Assembly: GCA_965112155.1 (NCBI GenBank)
Contig: OZ218103.1
DNA: 64,000 nt
Source: Podarcis liolepis
Taxonomy: Eukaryota
Strand: one strand, 5' to 3'
Shown: piece by piece, positions 36,101-49,734 of the stretch
Layout of the letters: every line of letters begins with the position of its first letter
How positions within the stretch are numbered: position 1 is the first letter of the stretch
The notes under the pieces: model-generated
What the model was told of the DNA's origin: nothing
Databases searched by the model: none
Seen by the model: the letters and a program-made list of their open reading frames with translations, nothing else
Program-made: the position numbers and the translations under genes

Positions 36101-39100
36101 AATCCCACAGAGCGTGTCAAAGCTCTTGGCTGTACCTAAAGCAGCTCTTTGGATCTTTGCGCGAATACTTTTCGAGTGGAGGTGCAGCAGTGCGGAGAAA
36201 GTCTGAGCCCAACTTCACTGGTGCCGCCACCCTCGCCAGTCCTGCTGACCTGTGTGGGTGTAGAGGACTCGGGCAGGCCTCCACAAATGGGAAGCTCTTA
36301 GTGTGGCATGCCTCCTTCGCCTGGCAGTCTTTATAGTTTGGGAGGACTATTGCGTTGATGGCAAAATGGGCAACAAATGGTTGTTTGCATCCAGAAAGAG
36401 AGTAGAGTGTTGTGAGGAATATTGGGGTGTGAAGGAGGAGGTGGGCAGGAGGTGTTCCTGAGTTTGGGATCACACATAACATAAGCCCAGCCCAGGGAAA
36501 TTGACCCTGGCTGTAAAAGAACCAGGTTATTGATAGCACTTGCTTCTTACATTTACCAGGCAGGGTTACATGGTGAGCTCTGGAACAAAATTGTGTCACT
36601 GAAGGTGGTTTCTGTGGGGTGTCTGTATTCCAGAGAAAAATGGAAAGAGGTTCCAGTTGAAGGCTAGAAAGAAAGAAAAAGCAGAATGGAAGACTTTCTC
36701 TGTGGTCCTTCTCACTGCCAGTATCCCCTCCCCTCCCTGTTTTTTTGTGTCATCAGGGAAGCTGGAAGACTTTACAGATGTTTACAAAGCTCTTTTCCAT
36801 GCTGAGGGGCCGGGGTGGTGGCCGGGTGTCACAGAAATGCAATGCGTTGCAGACCGGTGCCTTTTTTCTTTTATCCAGGTGGGACATGATGGGGATATCA
36901 GTCTAGTGTGAATAGTGGAGCAGGTGGAAGGTGTGTGCGTGCGCCTGTCTTTGGACTCCACTCCTTTCTCTGGGTGTTGCCCTATGAACGTACCTGGCAG
37001 GGGTTTGGTTGCTCTTTCGGTAAAGGAGCTGAGTCAATATTCCGTGACCCTAATCGGTGGAACTTTACTGCAGGGTGCTCCTGTGAGCTGGATGTGTTGG
37101 GCGGGGGAATGGGGTGGGGAGGGAGCGAGAGGAGAGGGGAGGGTGAGGAAGGTTAGGCCAGGAGAGGCCAGGCAAGAGATTGTGCTGGCTGATTAGGGCA
37201 GCTGCTGTCGCTTTCACCAGTGTCACCCCTGGCATGGCATGGTTGCTGAGGCGCCCAGCCCGGAGAGGGACCGTGGTAATGGATTTGTGCTCTTTTTTTT
37301 GTAATGAAAGTTTCATTTGTAGTTTGTTTACAAGAAAGAAGAGATTAGCAGAGAGAAAACTCCCCAGAACTCAGGGAGGAAAGGAAAAGAGCTCTCGGGC
37401 TGAAAGGAAGTGGAGGGGGTGCTGGTTGGATTGAGTGGAATTTGTGACTGGGGCAGCTAGGTAGAATGGACTGGTGCACATGACAGAAAGCAACCCCCAC
37501 AAAACGCCTCTCCTGGTCTCATGTTGTGGAAAACCAGATGGAATGTGTTCTTGTGAAGGAGCCCAAAACATTGGATGCACTTGGGTCGCCCCGTAGTTTC
37601 AAGGGCCACAATGACTGTGCACAAAAGAAGAGTGGAACATGGTGCACTGGGAAGGTTGGTCTTGTGAACTGATGAAGGTGGAATTCTCAGAACTGAAAGG
37701 GAAATCCAGCTGCTCATTTGTATTTGGGGTGGGTGGTGGGCAATTTTCAGTTATACAGAAGGCTATAAAATTTCTGACTGGGGTGGGGAAGAGAATGTGG
37801 CTCATGTTCACTTATCTGCTGAGGATGAGAGAAGGAGCAAAGGTTTTAAACAGGTTAGTAAAAAAGCCGTATGTCTGGCTACCCGGGATGAGCAAGAGTG
37901 GCTCTAGACAATCAGGAAGGGGAAATTCTGTTTGTGGCAAGAGATCTGGTCTTTTTTATTTATTTGAAGACGATGACATGCTACAAATGTCTAATGCAGG
38001 CATGTTTGGGCAAGTGGCTAGTAAATAAAAATAATGTGAGCTGGAAACTTTTGTGGGCTTAATTCCAAGTCTTTAAATAAAAACCTGCAGGGAGGTTGAA
38101 TCTGGCAACCTATTAGGAAGTACCTTCTAAACTGCAAGAGCCATTCCATTGGAATGTGCGTCTGAGAGGCTGGGAAATATCAAGAGAATGTTGGTCCCTG
38201 GATCTGCCAAGGAAGGTTAAATGAAGGATGTCCTTTCTTGGGATTTGGGGGGTGAGAGGACTGTTCTGGATAATCTGCCGAGTTCCTTCTAAGTATACTG
38301 CTTCCTATACTTATATATTTTCTGATTTTTTCAGCTTAATGCTTCGGTACAGAGGATGCTGTTTGTATGTTTCTCTGTACAGGCAAGGTAAAGCTATACT
38401 TCTCTATGTGGGAGATTCAAAGGGTTGCGGATGTATACAGCTGATGTTCTTTCAACTCCGAAATCTGCATGCGCTCCTGGCTTTATCTCACATGGGTCTC
38501 CCTGTTCATACCACACAGGCTGCTGTGATTTTGAGTCCAGCGCAGGCCACATTATATGCATGGTGGGAGCAGAATTACAAGCCTCGAAAAGCGGGGACAT
38601 GCATTGCTCACCTTGCGCTTGGTTTAGTAGCAAGCCAGTAATGCAGGGAGTTGCTGTTTGGCTGTGCCATCATTAACAAAAGCTGCCAGAAGATGCTGCT
38701 GACATTGGGACCTGTCTGGCCGGACCTCTTATCACAGGAATCCATGTGGCATAAAGAGGACAGAGATGGCAATTGTGGCTGGCACAGAAAGGGCTTCGCA
38801 AGGAATCCTCCCAGTGTGGGCTCTTACTGGTTATGACAAGGCACCCTGGTGAGATTCTTGGCAAATGCAGAGCTTAGCTGGTAATGACAGGCTGCTTGTG
38901 AAAACCACGAAGAAGCTTACATAGAGTTGGTTCTGGTGGCTCGTTTCTCAGCTGTGCAACATTTCCTGGGAGCTTTGGGTGCCTTCACTGCTTGGGCTGG
39001 CTGTCAGTAGTTTGGCTAAAATGAATTGTGGGGTGGGTCTAGCCAAGGATGCATATTAGACTTGTATTCCATTATACTTTTCCCGCTTGAGTTATGCCTT

Positions 39101-40261
39101 TACCCACTACAAGCCCTCGGTTTGGGTAGACTAAAAATGTGGCATGAATGAATAAAGAATAAGTGTTTACAGATATACCAAAGTTGAATGGGGGAAAATG
39201 AATATTTGAAATGTCTTATATTGAAGCAGGCTACTGTTGCATCTAGCCCTGTGCTGCTTACTCTGACTGGTAGCTCCTCACCAGAGTCACCAGTAGGGCC
39301 CCCTCCCATCACCTGCCACCTGAGCCTTCTAGCTAGAGTTGTGTGGGGATTGGACCTCCATGTAAAGTGAGCCCTGCCGTTGAGCTATGGCCCCTTCTGA
39401 AACGTTTTGACTCCCAGGTTCCAGCATTAAGTATTTGCAACAGAGGGCACCAAATCTAGAGAGAAGGCAAGTCTCAGCAAATTGCAAATGCGGGCTGAAC
39501 AGAGGAAGGAACAGAGGACATAAACTCATAAACTTAAGCGAGAGGGAAAGTAAACTTGGCTGCAGACTAGGCTACCTGATTTGTGCAAACTACGGTAGGT
39601 TGTCTGTATGTCAGGAAGGGCCACAGAAACGCTTGATGAAAAGTTAGTCAGCACAGTGATGCTGCTGCCAAGGAAGCCACCTCTGAACTGAGTTACTTTA
39701 AGAAATAAGAAAGGAAGCAGGCATGGGAGGAAGTGCGTGTTCTCTAGCCTAGTCAGCCTGTGTGCAGCCGTACTGTGCTGAACCTGGACCACTCCGCTTA
39801 TCAAGAAAGGCAAGGGAGGGGCAGGCAATAATCCAAAGCAGAGCAAGAGAAGCCATTGGAAGCATTGAGAATAGATTGGGGGTGGGGCGAACACAGGTGG
39901 TAATGGGTTCACTTGGCTTGGAAATGACTGCAGCCTGTTCCCATAATACCTTCTGCATGGGCTATGCAGGCCTTTAGCTGCGCCGCCACATACTGAGCTT
40001 TTCCTATGGATGCCAAAAATAAAACTTGAAGTGGGCAAAAGTGGTTAGGATCCTATTGCCACATGGGTTAATTTCATGGCCTCAGAATTTTATATGACAT
40101 GATTTGTGTGTGCAGTAGCAAGGCCGAAGGGGCTCAACGTAGCCAAAGGATGCAGTTGCCGTGTGCAGAAAGGGTTGTGAGAATAGGGTCCAGTGAGCGG
40201 AGGGGATGTCACTGAGGATAAACATGTGATTGTTCTCCTTTTCTCCTGTGGATAAGATGAG

Positions 40262-40714
40262 CAGTGGCGTAGCGTGGGGGGTGCCAGGGGGGCCGGCCGC
40301 ACCGGGCGCAACATCTGGGGAGGCGCGCTCGCTGCCTCCGGAGTCGCCGAAGAGCCTCGGGCACAGGCTGTAGTGGAGCCGCATGTCTCGCGGAACCGAC
40401 GAGCTGTGCGCGCGTCCGGGCTGAAGGCGCCCGGCAGGCAGCGGCTCTCAGCGCTCGCTGCGGAGGACGCGCCAGGCAGCCCCTCCTCACAGCCCCGCCT
40501 CCGCCAGTGCTGCTGCAGCTGCTGGGCCGTTGCATTTTCCTCGCCTCTCTGCCCCCCTCCTCCTCCGGGCAAGCGGCGTCGTTTGGGCGGCAGCGCCAGC
40601 GGCAACTCACAGGTTAGGGGTTAGGGGGGGCGCAAATTACTTGCCTTCCCCCGGGTTAGGGGGCGCAAATTACTTGCGTTGCCCCGGGTGCTGACAACTC
40701 ACGCTACGCCGCTG
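40262..40714. mobile_element. Non-autonomous hAT element (long form) with ~290-bp CpG-rich internal segment
   Basis: TIRs CAGTGGCGTAGCGTG / CACGCTACGCCGCTG; perfect 8-bp TSD AAGATGAG at 40254-40261 and 40715-40722; ends match the reverse complement of 12670-12839. Confidence 0.92.
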
Positions 40715-42337
40715 AAGATGAGAACTCTTTGGCATAAACTGCAAGGGAAAATATTCAATCTGTATGTTAGGAAAACTCACTAGCTGCCAGATTGGTGGTT
40801 GCCTTGAGGCACAGTGGTGTGTCTCTCTCACTTGGAGGCCTCTAAGAGCAGGTTTCATAAGTTCAAGTCCCTGGGACAGGGCTCTGTTTCTGTGATGTTA
40901 TTGAGGAGACAGGGTGACCAAGCTGTGACATATGTTCCTCGACAGACTGAGAGGCACTGCGCAGGCCCCTGGGATTCTTCCAGTTGGTGAAGTTTAACCC
41001 TCTACCTGGAATTTTAGCATGTCTTTGCATAGTTGTGAAGACCTGGAATTCCCAGGACACACCTGCACCCAATCTTTATTTGCGCTTAGGAGGCACATCT
41101 TATGAGCCTGTGGTCCACGCTCTGGACAAACTACACAACTTGAGCCCAGGCTAGTCTCCGCCCATCTGCTTGACCATAAGTGCGGACTGTACACTCTTCC
41201 TGGTGGAGTAATTGTGTCTTGAAAGATACTGTTCTTCCTTTTTGGGGAGACTGATACAGGGACCAAGTTGGGGAATTGCGAAGTCTCCTGTTGGAAGATG
41301 CTTTTTCTCAGCCTGAGCCCTCTGCGTATTCAGTATGGGGGAAAGAACTGACGTCCCATTTAGAATCACTATAAGGATTAAAACTGGACAGTATATTTGA
41401 AGTGTGCAGAGCAGTCAAAAGTGCTATATAAATGTCATGTAGTGATTTGAGCGTTCCCATGCTTGTGGAGCTGCAGCCCACAAGAGAGAGAGGTATCAGC
41501 AGACGTTGTGTCAAAACAACAAGAATGAATTATAGAAAACAGTTAGCAGAGAACATTTGTCATAATCTGGCAAATGCCTGGGGAAGAGAGATTTTTACTT
41601 GGTGTTGAAAAGTTGTTAATAATGACTGCTCCAGCAAGGTGGACCTTGCTGGGGGAGCATTCCACAAGCGGAGAGCCACAACTGAAAAGGCCCCTTCCCT
41701 CATCACTCCCTTCTGAACCTCCCTCAAAACAGGCAAGGCTGCAGTGTGGTCTAGAGGTATTTCACCCCTGTTGCAGGTTGAGGTTGGACTGAAGCAGAGA
41801 GTAGCATACAAAAAACCTGCTGTGCAGTTTATTGTTTTTATCCTCGTATTATGGGCTGAGAGAGAGTCATGTATAACAACCCTAATATATATACTTTCCA
41901 GGGAGGTAGGAAGAGTCCTTAAAAATGTGAAAGGAAAGAAACCCAGACAAAACACCTTGAATGGAAGAGCAATTAGTGCCGTAAAGTTCACTGTTATACC
42001 CCTATTGCAGCTTGGAAGGCTGTGCAGAGAGGCAGGGAGGGAGAGTAGCTTACAGGAGCAATGTAGACTACTGTTAATATTGCAGGGTAAAGGAGGACTA
42101 CATGAACTGCTTCCTCCCAGGCCAGAGCAAACACTTAATTGCTTGGAGAAGCCATTTACTTGCATGCAGTCTGCACTTCTTAAATGTTAAAATCTGAAAA
42201 AATAAATACCTAAAAGTAGTTTGTGAAGCTAGATCTGTCAGAGTAGAGATGCCTTTCTTTGATGCTAAGGCCTAGGTAACACTCCCTCCCCCTCCCCCCC
42301 CCAAGATACACTGTAACATTTTCCTGCAGGAAAATGT

Positions 42338-42339
<2 letters not shown>

Positions 42340-42376
<37 letters not shown>
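42340..42376. repeat. (GT)n microsatellite
   Basis: Directly visible. Confidence 0.95.
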
Positions 42377-42379
<3 letters not shown>

Positions 42380-42659
42380 ATTGCTTGAAACACAGAAGTA
42401 CTATCCAAATGGTTTACAATTGACTGTGATCAGTAGGAACTCCTGTGCAGTCAGAGCCATAGGAGAAATTTTTGGACGATTCTGCTCTCCACACACTCCC
42501 TAACTTGGACAATCTGGAGTGACTTGGTAGATAAGAACAGCTAAGGGCACCCCATGACCTAGGGGTGCATGGCCTTTTGCTAATGGCCTTTAGCTTCCCA
42601 CCTGACGTACATCAGCAGTGGGGAACCTGTGGCCTCCCACAGCCACTGTAGCCAGAGAA

Positions 42660-43520
42660 TGATTATTCTGGCTGGCATCCGTCTGTCTCAGGAGACAATG
42701 GAGAAGTGCACCTTTGGGGATGAAGTCAAACTGTCGGAAGGTTGCAGGGCCTTCTGTGGTAGAGACCAATAAGAGAGAGACATGTTTGGTTGCAGCTGGG
42801 GCAGATGAAGGAGTCTGGTTGTGCTGCTGTAGATGCTTCTCTCTGCATCATTCCTTCTCTGGTCACTGCTGTGGATACATGACCTGAGTATCTGTCTCCA
42901 GGGACTGCAGTTGTCTGCAAGGAATTCTCACACAGCGAGGGTGGTGTTGCCAGCCTCCACATCTCATTTGCAGACATCTTTGTAACACAGAGTTTGTCTG
43001 CCAACAGGCCTGGTGCCTGACGCTGGCTCCCCATAGAGCATGTCCTTGGGTATCCTGCCATCTTCCATTCTGTGGACGTGACCAAGCCAGTGTAGACATC
43101 GCTGAAACAGGAGTGCGAACATACTTGGATTGTGGTCATGGGAGAGCATGTCTTTGTTTGAGACTCTGTCCTGCCATGCAGTGCCCAAAATCTTCCTGAG
43201 GCAGCACAAGTGGAAGGCATTGAGGCATTGCTCCTTGTGGCTGTGGGTTGCCCACGACTCACTTCCATAAAGCAGCACACTTAACACGCATACTTGGTAG
43301 ACCTTAATCTTTGTATTGATCATTAGCATCCCATTCTCCAATACCCTTTTGGAGAGGTGAGCCATTGCTGCCTTGCCAAGACACTTGTGCAGCTCAGCAT
43401 TGAAGGAGAGGTTGCTGGTCATGGTGGGACCCAGATGGTCAAAACTCTCCCACCTCAAGTGTGTGGTCCCCAGTGCTGATGTGTGGCATGCTGGTGATGT
43501 TGTCCAACAACTCCTGGAGG
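42660..43520 (-). mobile_element. Degenerate RTE-clade LINE 3' fragment (not Bov-B)
   Basis: Minus translation TKIKVYQVCVLSVLLYGSESW...LNAFHLCCLRKILG...WLGHVHRMEDGRIPKDMLYGE...G, with frameshifts. Confidence 0.85.
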
Positions 43521-43932
43521 GCCACAGGTTCCTCGTTCCAAGGATATAGATCCATCTGTCCCATGGTTCTGCCCACACCACACAAATTCAGCTTTGAAAA
43601 GGGAACTAGAAGTGAGAGCTCTGTGTTACTTTAGACATTTCTAATCTACGTGTAAGAAGAATCCCATGGAAAATGAGTTCCCTCTTCTCTCCCGACCTGG
43701 ACACATAAGAGTGAGTGCGGAAAGTCAACTGTTTGTGCCCCATGGTGGAAGGTGCTGTAGGGATCTATGCTGATGGACATTCTTTTTATTTGTGGCTGTG
43801 TGCTGCATGTTTATTCCAACCTTCCTCTTGGGAGCTATGGGTAGCTTATATGCTTCCCACTTGCGTCCATGAATTGACCTACTGTGAGCTGCTTTGGGGG
43901 GCCATCTTTGGCCAAAAGGCAATCCAAAATTA

Positions 43933-44433
43933 TTATTATTTTTTAAATAATATTTATTAATTTACAACAATTTAAACACAACACTACAAAAAACCAAAAA
44001 AACACACAATACAACAATACAATACCATACAAAAAACACTACACAACACTAACACAAACAATTAACAAAACAAAACAAAAACCATTCAAAACACAATCCA
44101 ATTTCAATATCTTATCTTTCATTCACTTGTTTCCACGACCTCCTCACACCTCCCTTTTTGTCTTCCACTTCTATTAATTGTTTCAGCAATTCCTCTCCAT
44201 CTTCCTCTGTTTTCTAGCCTATAATTATCTTAACACATTCTAACCTTATTTTTCCCTTTAATACCCTATTAATCTATCTATACCTAATTCCTGATAACAT
44301 TTCTACTAAAGCCATATAACTTCATTCCAACATTTTTCTAACATTCATTAATTTTACAGTATTTCTGTAAGTAGTCTTTAAACTTTTTCCAATCTTCTTC
44401 CACTGATTCTTCTCCCTGGTCTCGGATTCTGCC
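43933..44433 (-). mobile_element. 5'-truncated L1-clade LINE (ORF2 end plus AT-rich 3'UTR)
   Basis: Perfect 17-bp TSD AAGGCAATCCAAAATTA at 43916-43932 and 44434-44450; minus translation GRIRDQGEESVEEDWKKFKDYLQKYCKINEC*; AATAAA and A-rich tail. Confidence 0.78.
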
Positions 44434-47400
44434 AAGGCAATCCAAAATTAAAATTGTTGTGCTTGTGACAATCCTGTGAGGTAGGTTAGGCAGAAAGATT
44501 ATCATTGGCCCAGGATGTCACTCTGAGGATTTTGAGAGTGTTGATTTTGGGATTGCTGTAAGGGCTGCTCCTTTAGGACCACACTACACATTAACAGCTG
44601 CATGTACTATATGTCAGAATGCGGATTGTGCTGAATTCTTAGAAAACGTAGTGAATCAGTGAGGCACTCTGAAGTGTGGCACAGGTGGGGAGGCTGTGTG
44701 TGTCGAATGCCTCCCCACCCCCCACACTTAACTACCAAAGTCACATCCCCCCTGATATTTTTGCCTTGGTGAGAATTGCCTGATGCCTCAGAGACCTACC
44801 AGGAGAAACATGGTGGGTGTGGAGTGAGAGATGTGGGAGAACTATTCTGCACATCTCTCCCACCCTCTTGCTTTACAAGCTGACTCGTTTCCCACTAGGA
44901 ATTCAGTGGTAACTGGTTTCTGACACATGGGCCTGCCACCCTCGCGTCTAGTTTGGCAGTTCTGTAAATAGAGCTACCTGGGCAAGTCCCAGATACTGCA
45001 GTGATGGGCACAGTGTAAATGGCTACAGTAATTCCAGCTGCTGAGGTTTGTGGTGTTGGTAGTGAAAGAGGTGGAGAAAATATGCTGGTCTGCCCCCTGT
45101 GTGCATTTTAAATGTGATTATTTTATAGAGACTAGAATAGGTAGCAAGTAGGGTGCAGAAGCCTTGTTTTCTTCCTTATTTTGGATTTCTGTTGCATGTT
45201 CAACATGGAGAATCCTCTGCCATCCTTAAATCTTTTCATGCCCGCAATACACTCATCACTATTATCAGAACGGTGTGCATTCCACTTAAAAAAGGTGGAA
45301 TTCCGCAGCCTGTATAAACTTAAGTAAATTGGACCTGTTGGTATAAATTCTCCTGTTCTGCCTAATTTATTCTGCTTCTGCAACTCATGGCGGAAGGAGC
45401 CCTGCAAGGCATGGAAACTCCATCCCTGACCACAGGCAATCTTGTCCAGCTCCCAAACCTGACCCCTTGAGCTTCCATCATGCACTAGCCACACAGTTCC
45501 AAACCTATTTTCACATCCATAAGGGCTAGAAACTTCAATTTTAAACTGAGATTCTCTGGAAGCTGAATTTTGTGCTCGCACTGAACTGCTGCGTACACAT
45601 AGCCCTTACCTTCCCCAGTTTTTTACAGGTAAGCAACTGGGGCTGTGACACTTTTTCTTTTGCGCATGGCTGAGCAGGGATTTGAACTGGGACCTCCTGA
45701 CCACACCGTGCTAAGGCAGGCTGCTGACATCTCCCCTTGCATGTCTCCATATTGTTGTACGTCCCCTTTTGTACATTTGCCAAAGGAGAATGGGGTGCAC
45801 ACTTAAGACGAGCAGGGTCTGCTGGGTGCTTCCTGTTCTTTGTGACAGGCCCCTTGTGGTACATCTCAGCGTGTGGATCGTCCTGTGGCTTGTGCAAATC
45901 TGAATTTCCAGGGGGTTCTCTAGGCCGTTTTGTCCTGCAACCCGTTTTATAAGCCAGGCAGGCTTGAGGCTGTGCAGAAGCCATAAATTCCAGGAAACTC
46001 CCTGCAAGGCGCATCTCAGTGGGGATTTGGGGTTGGGGGAGGAGGCAGGATGAAGCCACACTTCCTGCCTTGTGTGAGCAGATCTGTCTGCAGCCAGCAG
46101 GACAGGAAGAGGAAGAGGGAGCGCTCAGGCCTGTTCTGAAGATGTTTGTCCTCAAGAAAAATAAGGAGGGAGGGAGGGGGTAGAGCAGCTTTCCAGGGGC
46201 CTGTTTGGGGAAGGGAGGCCAGGGTCCAGACCCTCATAACTTTTTGGCTTCAGGCTGGTACACTGAAAATGAAGGGATTGCTGGGGAATGGATGGAAAGG
46301 ACGAATAAGCCTGCTAGGGTGCATCTCCATTTTAAAATGGTATGTGCAGTTTTGTTGTTGCTCCCAAGCAGACAAGAAGACTCATATAAGGGCAACTAAA
46401 ATGTCCAGGTCGGAATGGGTGGGTTGCACTTTTCCTTATGAAGAACAGCTTGACACCATTCAGTCTTTGCAGGATAAAAGATGAATGAAACAATGAATGT
46501 TTTATGTTATGTTACCCACATTTATAAAGTCATGAGCAGGGAGAAAGTGCTTCCCTGCGAGTTGCAGTTCCTTTGGGTTCTCTTCAGCAATGGATAAGCA
46601 GCAGGTGGACGCCAAGCAGGAGAGAGCATCTCTTTCCCCCGTATCTGAATGACGTATGTCAACAAGAGAGGAGTCAGCTTCCTAAGGGAGGCAGCAGCAG
46701 ATACTTAGGCATTAGCTTTCCAGTAGTCTGAAAAAAAAATGTTTGAGAAGTTCTAAGACCAACCTTTTTTTAAAAAAAGGTGTCCAAGCAACATCTTTTT
46801 CTGCCTTGCCTATAGAACTCATTGCCACAGGATGTTGAGAGAGCCAATAACTGCTTTTAAAAACAGGTTAGATATATGAGTGGAGTATAGATTTGTTTGT
46901 CAGAAGCGCAGCCTTTCTCTGCAGAGGCTGTATACCCCTGGCTGCCAGATGCTAAAAGCTGAAAAGAGATAAGGGGGTTCCGCTCCCACGCCCTCCCCAA
47001 AATCCTCACTGGATTATCTGGTCTGAGGCTCATTTGCAGAGGTAGGCGGGCCAGCGATGGTCTGAGCTGCCTTTGAAAAGCTGTTCAAAGAACAAGGCTA
47101 AAGAGAGCAAAAAACAACAACTCTGTGTTCATATGCCCAGTGGCTCTAGCCCATTACTAGGGATGTGGTCTGCCTATCATTTCAGGAGGAAAAAGGCAGG
47201 CAGAAAACCCATTAAAGCAAATGCCTTGGAACAGGGGCTCGCATCGAGTCCTGCTCTGTCAGCCCTTGCCGCAGGGGTCTTTTAGGGAGGGGTCCCTCTG
47301 CTTTTCCGTTCATGCAGGCTCTTAACTGCCTTTATGGTGACGCTGATGATTTTGAAATCTTGTGGCTGACCTTTCCGGCTCTGGAAGCCATCCAAGGCCT

Positions 47401-49030
47401 GTGCCTTAAAGCACAGTGAAGGTTAGGAAGGAGGGAGGGAGAGGAGAGGAGAGAAAGAGGGTGCACACATGAGAATGTCCTCTTGACCGCGGGAGTGGGA
47501 GACAGGAATGCAATCAATTCCATAGGAAGTGCCGTGGAGATGCCAGGCAAAGTTTTCTGCGACCTTTGAGAGGGTGTGTTTGTTCCCCTTCCAGCAAATA
47601 AGAACCCTTAGACAGAGTATTATTATTCAGCTGGCAGACCAGCGGGAGCACCCTCAAACGGGCACCTGCCACCTGTGGCACCAGGAGATAAGAGGATAAA
47701 AGGCACGATTTGCCAGAAACATCCCCTGCACAAAGTCTGTTGGCCCATGCAGGAGGCAAGAAAGGATGTACCTCCTGTTCACTTCAGCGGAGTCTCTGCA
47801 GTGGGATTCCCCACCATATCAGTTTGTACTTGGCAAGACAAACCATCCCTCAACTCTTTGGTGGAATGAACTGCTCCCTTTGTTTTTGTTCAGCTTCAGA
47901 GATGAACAACTCTCTGGATTTGTAGGAGCAGTGCAGTGTGAATTACGAGTGTGTATCCTTAAATACTCATGTAAAGGCACCTGGGAGCCTCACAGATGCT
48001 CACCATTCTGGATAGAGAGAGGTGCATTTTTGTTAAGTTTATTTGGTGTTTTTCATGCTGTGGCAACCAACTTAACTATGCAAAGTGTGGACCACTTTTA
48101 CTACTGGGCCGTTACGGTGAGGATCACTTTCCATTATTCAGCACCAATGTCTGATTCTTGGAAGTTTGCTGCTTCTGAATAGAAATAAACTGTGTTTGTG
48201 CAAATAGCAAGTTCCTGTGGCGCCTTAGTATGGCACTTGCCTAGAGGCTCATTGCACGACGAACTGATAAATAGAACAAATGAATATAAATATTTATTTA
48301 TTGCAGCAGAAACTCTCATGGACTAGAGCCCACATGATCAAGTGCCTGGAGTGGGAGAATGAATTAGGGAGGCTCCTTAGGCGAACTGTCTTCTCTCTCC
48401 GCCCCCCCCCCCCTTCCCACCAGCATTGGGGTAATAATGCCAGCCTGTCTTCTGGAGTTGTTGTAAGATCATTGTGATAATGTATGTGAAGTGCTTGGAG
48501 CAGTTGGAAATAGCATTAAATATTAGTATAACCATCAGTAAAAATAATTTGTTAAATAGGACTTTAATAGCATTTTAATGGGGGCATTTTATATGCATTT
48601 TCTAATTTTACTTTGCTGCTCTTCTCTCCACATTTCCTGTTAATATCATTTCTGTGTTGGGTTCCTCTCGGCCAAGGCTGGCGAACCTCTGGCCCTCTAA
48701 ATGTTATCGGGCTTCAACTTCCACAATAATTGGCTATGTGAGCATGCAGCTTTCAGGTGGGGCTTGTGGCACAATTACCTATTATTTCTTTATGGGTCCC
48801 GTCTTCTACCACACCTGTCTCTGTGCCTGTGGTCAGGCTTCTTTTCTCTCTGTGGTCGTTTGCCTGAGAGCCTCACTTCTCTAGACCACTGTTTAAGGTG
48901 AGCAGGTGGAGGTTACTCTCCACCTGGTTTCAGGCCATATGTGATTTTCTCCCCAGGGGAAGATCTTCATTGCCAGCCAACTTGCTGGCTCTACACTCTT
49001 GAGTAACTATTGTCACAAACAATAAAAACA

Positions 49031-49136
49031 GGGGTTGCCATATGTCCTCTTTTTCCAGGACATGTCCTCTTTTTCATGGGTAGAGCTGTCATAGTGATTT
49101 GTAGTTAAAAGCAGAAGTTCAGAATATGGCAACCCT
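49031..49136. mobile_element. PIF/Harbinger-like MITE
   Basis: TIRs GGGTTGCCATAT / ATATGGCAACCC; internal direct repeat atgtcctctttttc. Confidence 0.7.
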
Positions 49137-49734
49137 ATCAGGCAGGCATGCCAAAGGCACACATCTCTTTGCTAATTAAGAAAAAGTGGACCAGGAGTGG
49201 GGAGTGGGAGAATGCAGGTAGGTTGTATTGCTTTTATATTTTGATACAAAAAACTTGAACACCAAAAAACATGCAGAATAAACCCATACCGTATTCAGAA
49301 CTAAAAAATTTCAGTTTCCCCTTGCTAGCATCTACTGACCCTCCCTTCCCCAGAGAGCTTAATGTCCTCAGCACAACCAAAGCATATTCATAGCACTTGC
49401 TTACAGCAGGATCAGAGATAGGAGAGGGAGAGGGAGTCAGTGCAAACACGTATCAGGCCTAAAAGAGCCAAACAGATTTGTATTGGATTAGAACCAAGCT
49501 ATTGCCACCTTATGCATTTACATATTCAGTAAAGGAGTACTTTATCCCACAAATGGATCTCACTTTCTTGAGCTGCTTATGTATTCTCCTTTTGCAGGTG
49601 AGGTTTTAAAATAAAGGCACTCCCCAAACCCTTCGCTACCAGTAATCCAAAATAGAAAATTTAAAGTTTTTCTAGAATTTGGCTATGGTGGATCAGGTAT
49701 TTGTATTGTGTTTTTAAGCAATGGTATAGTTAGT

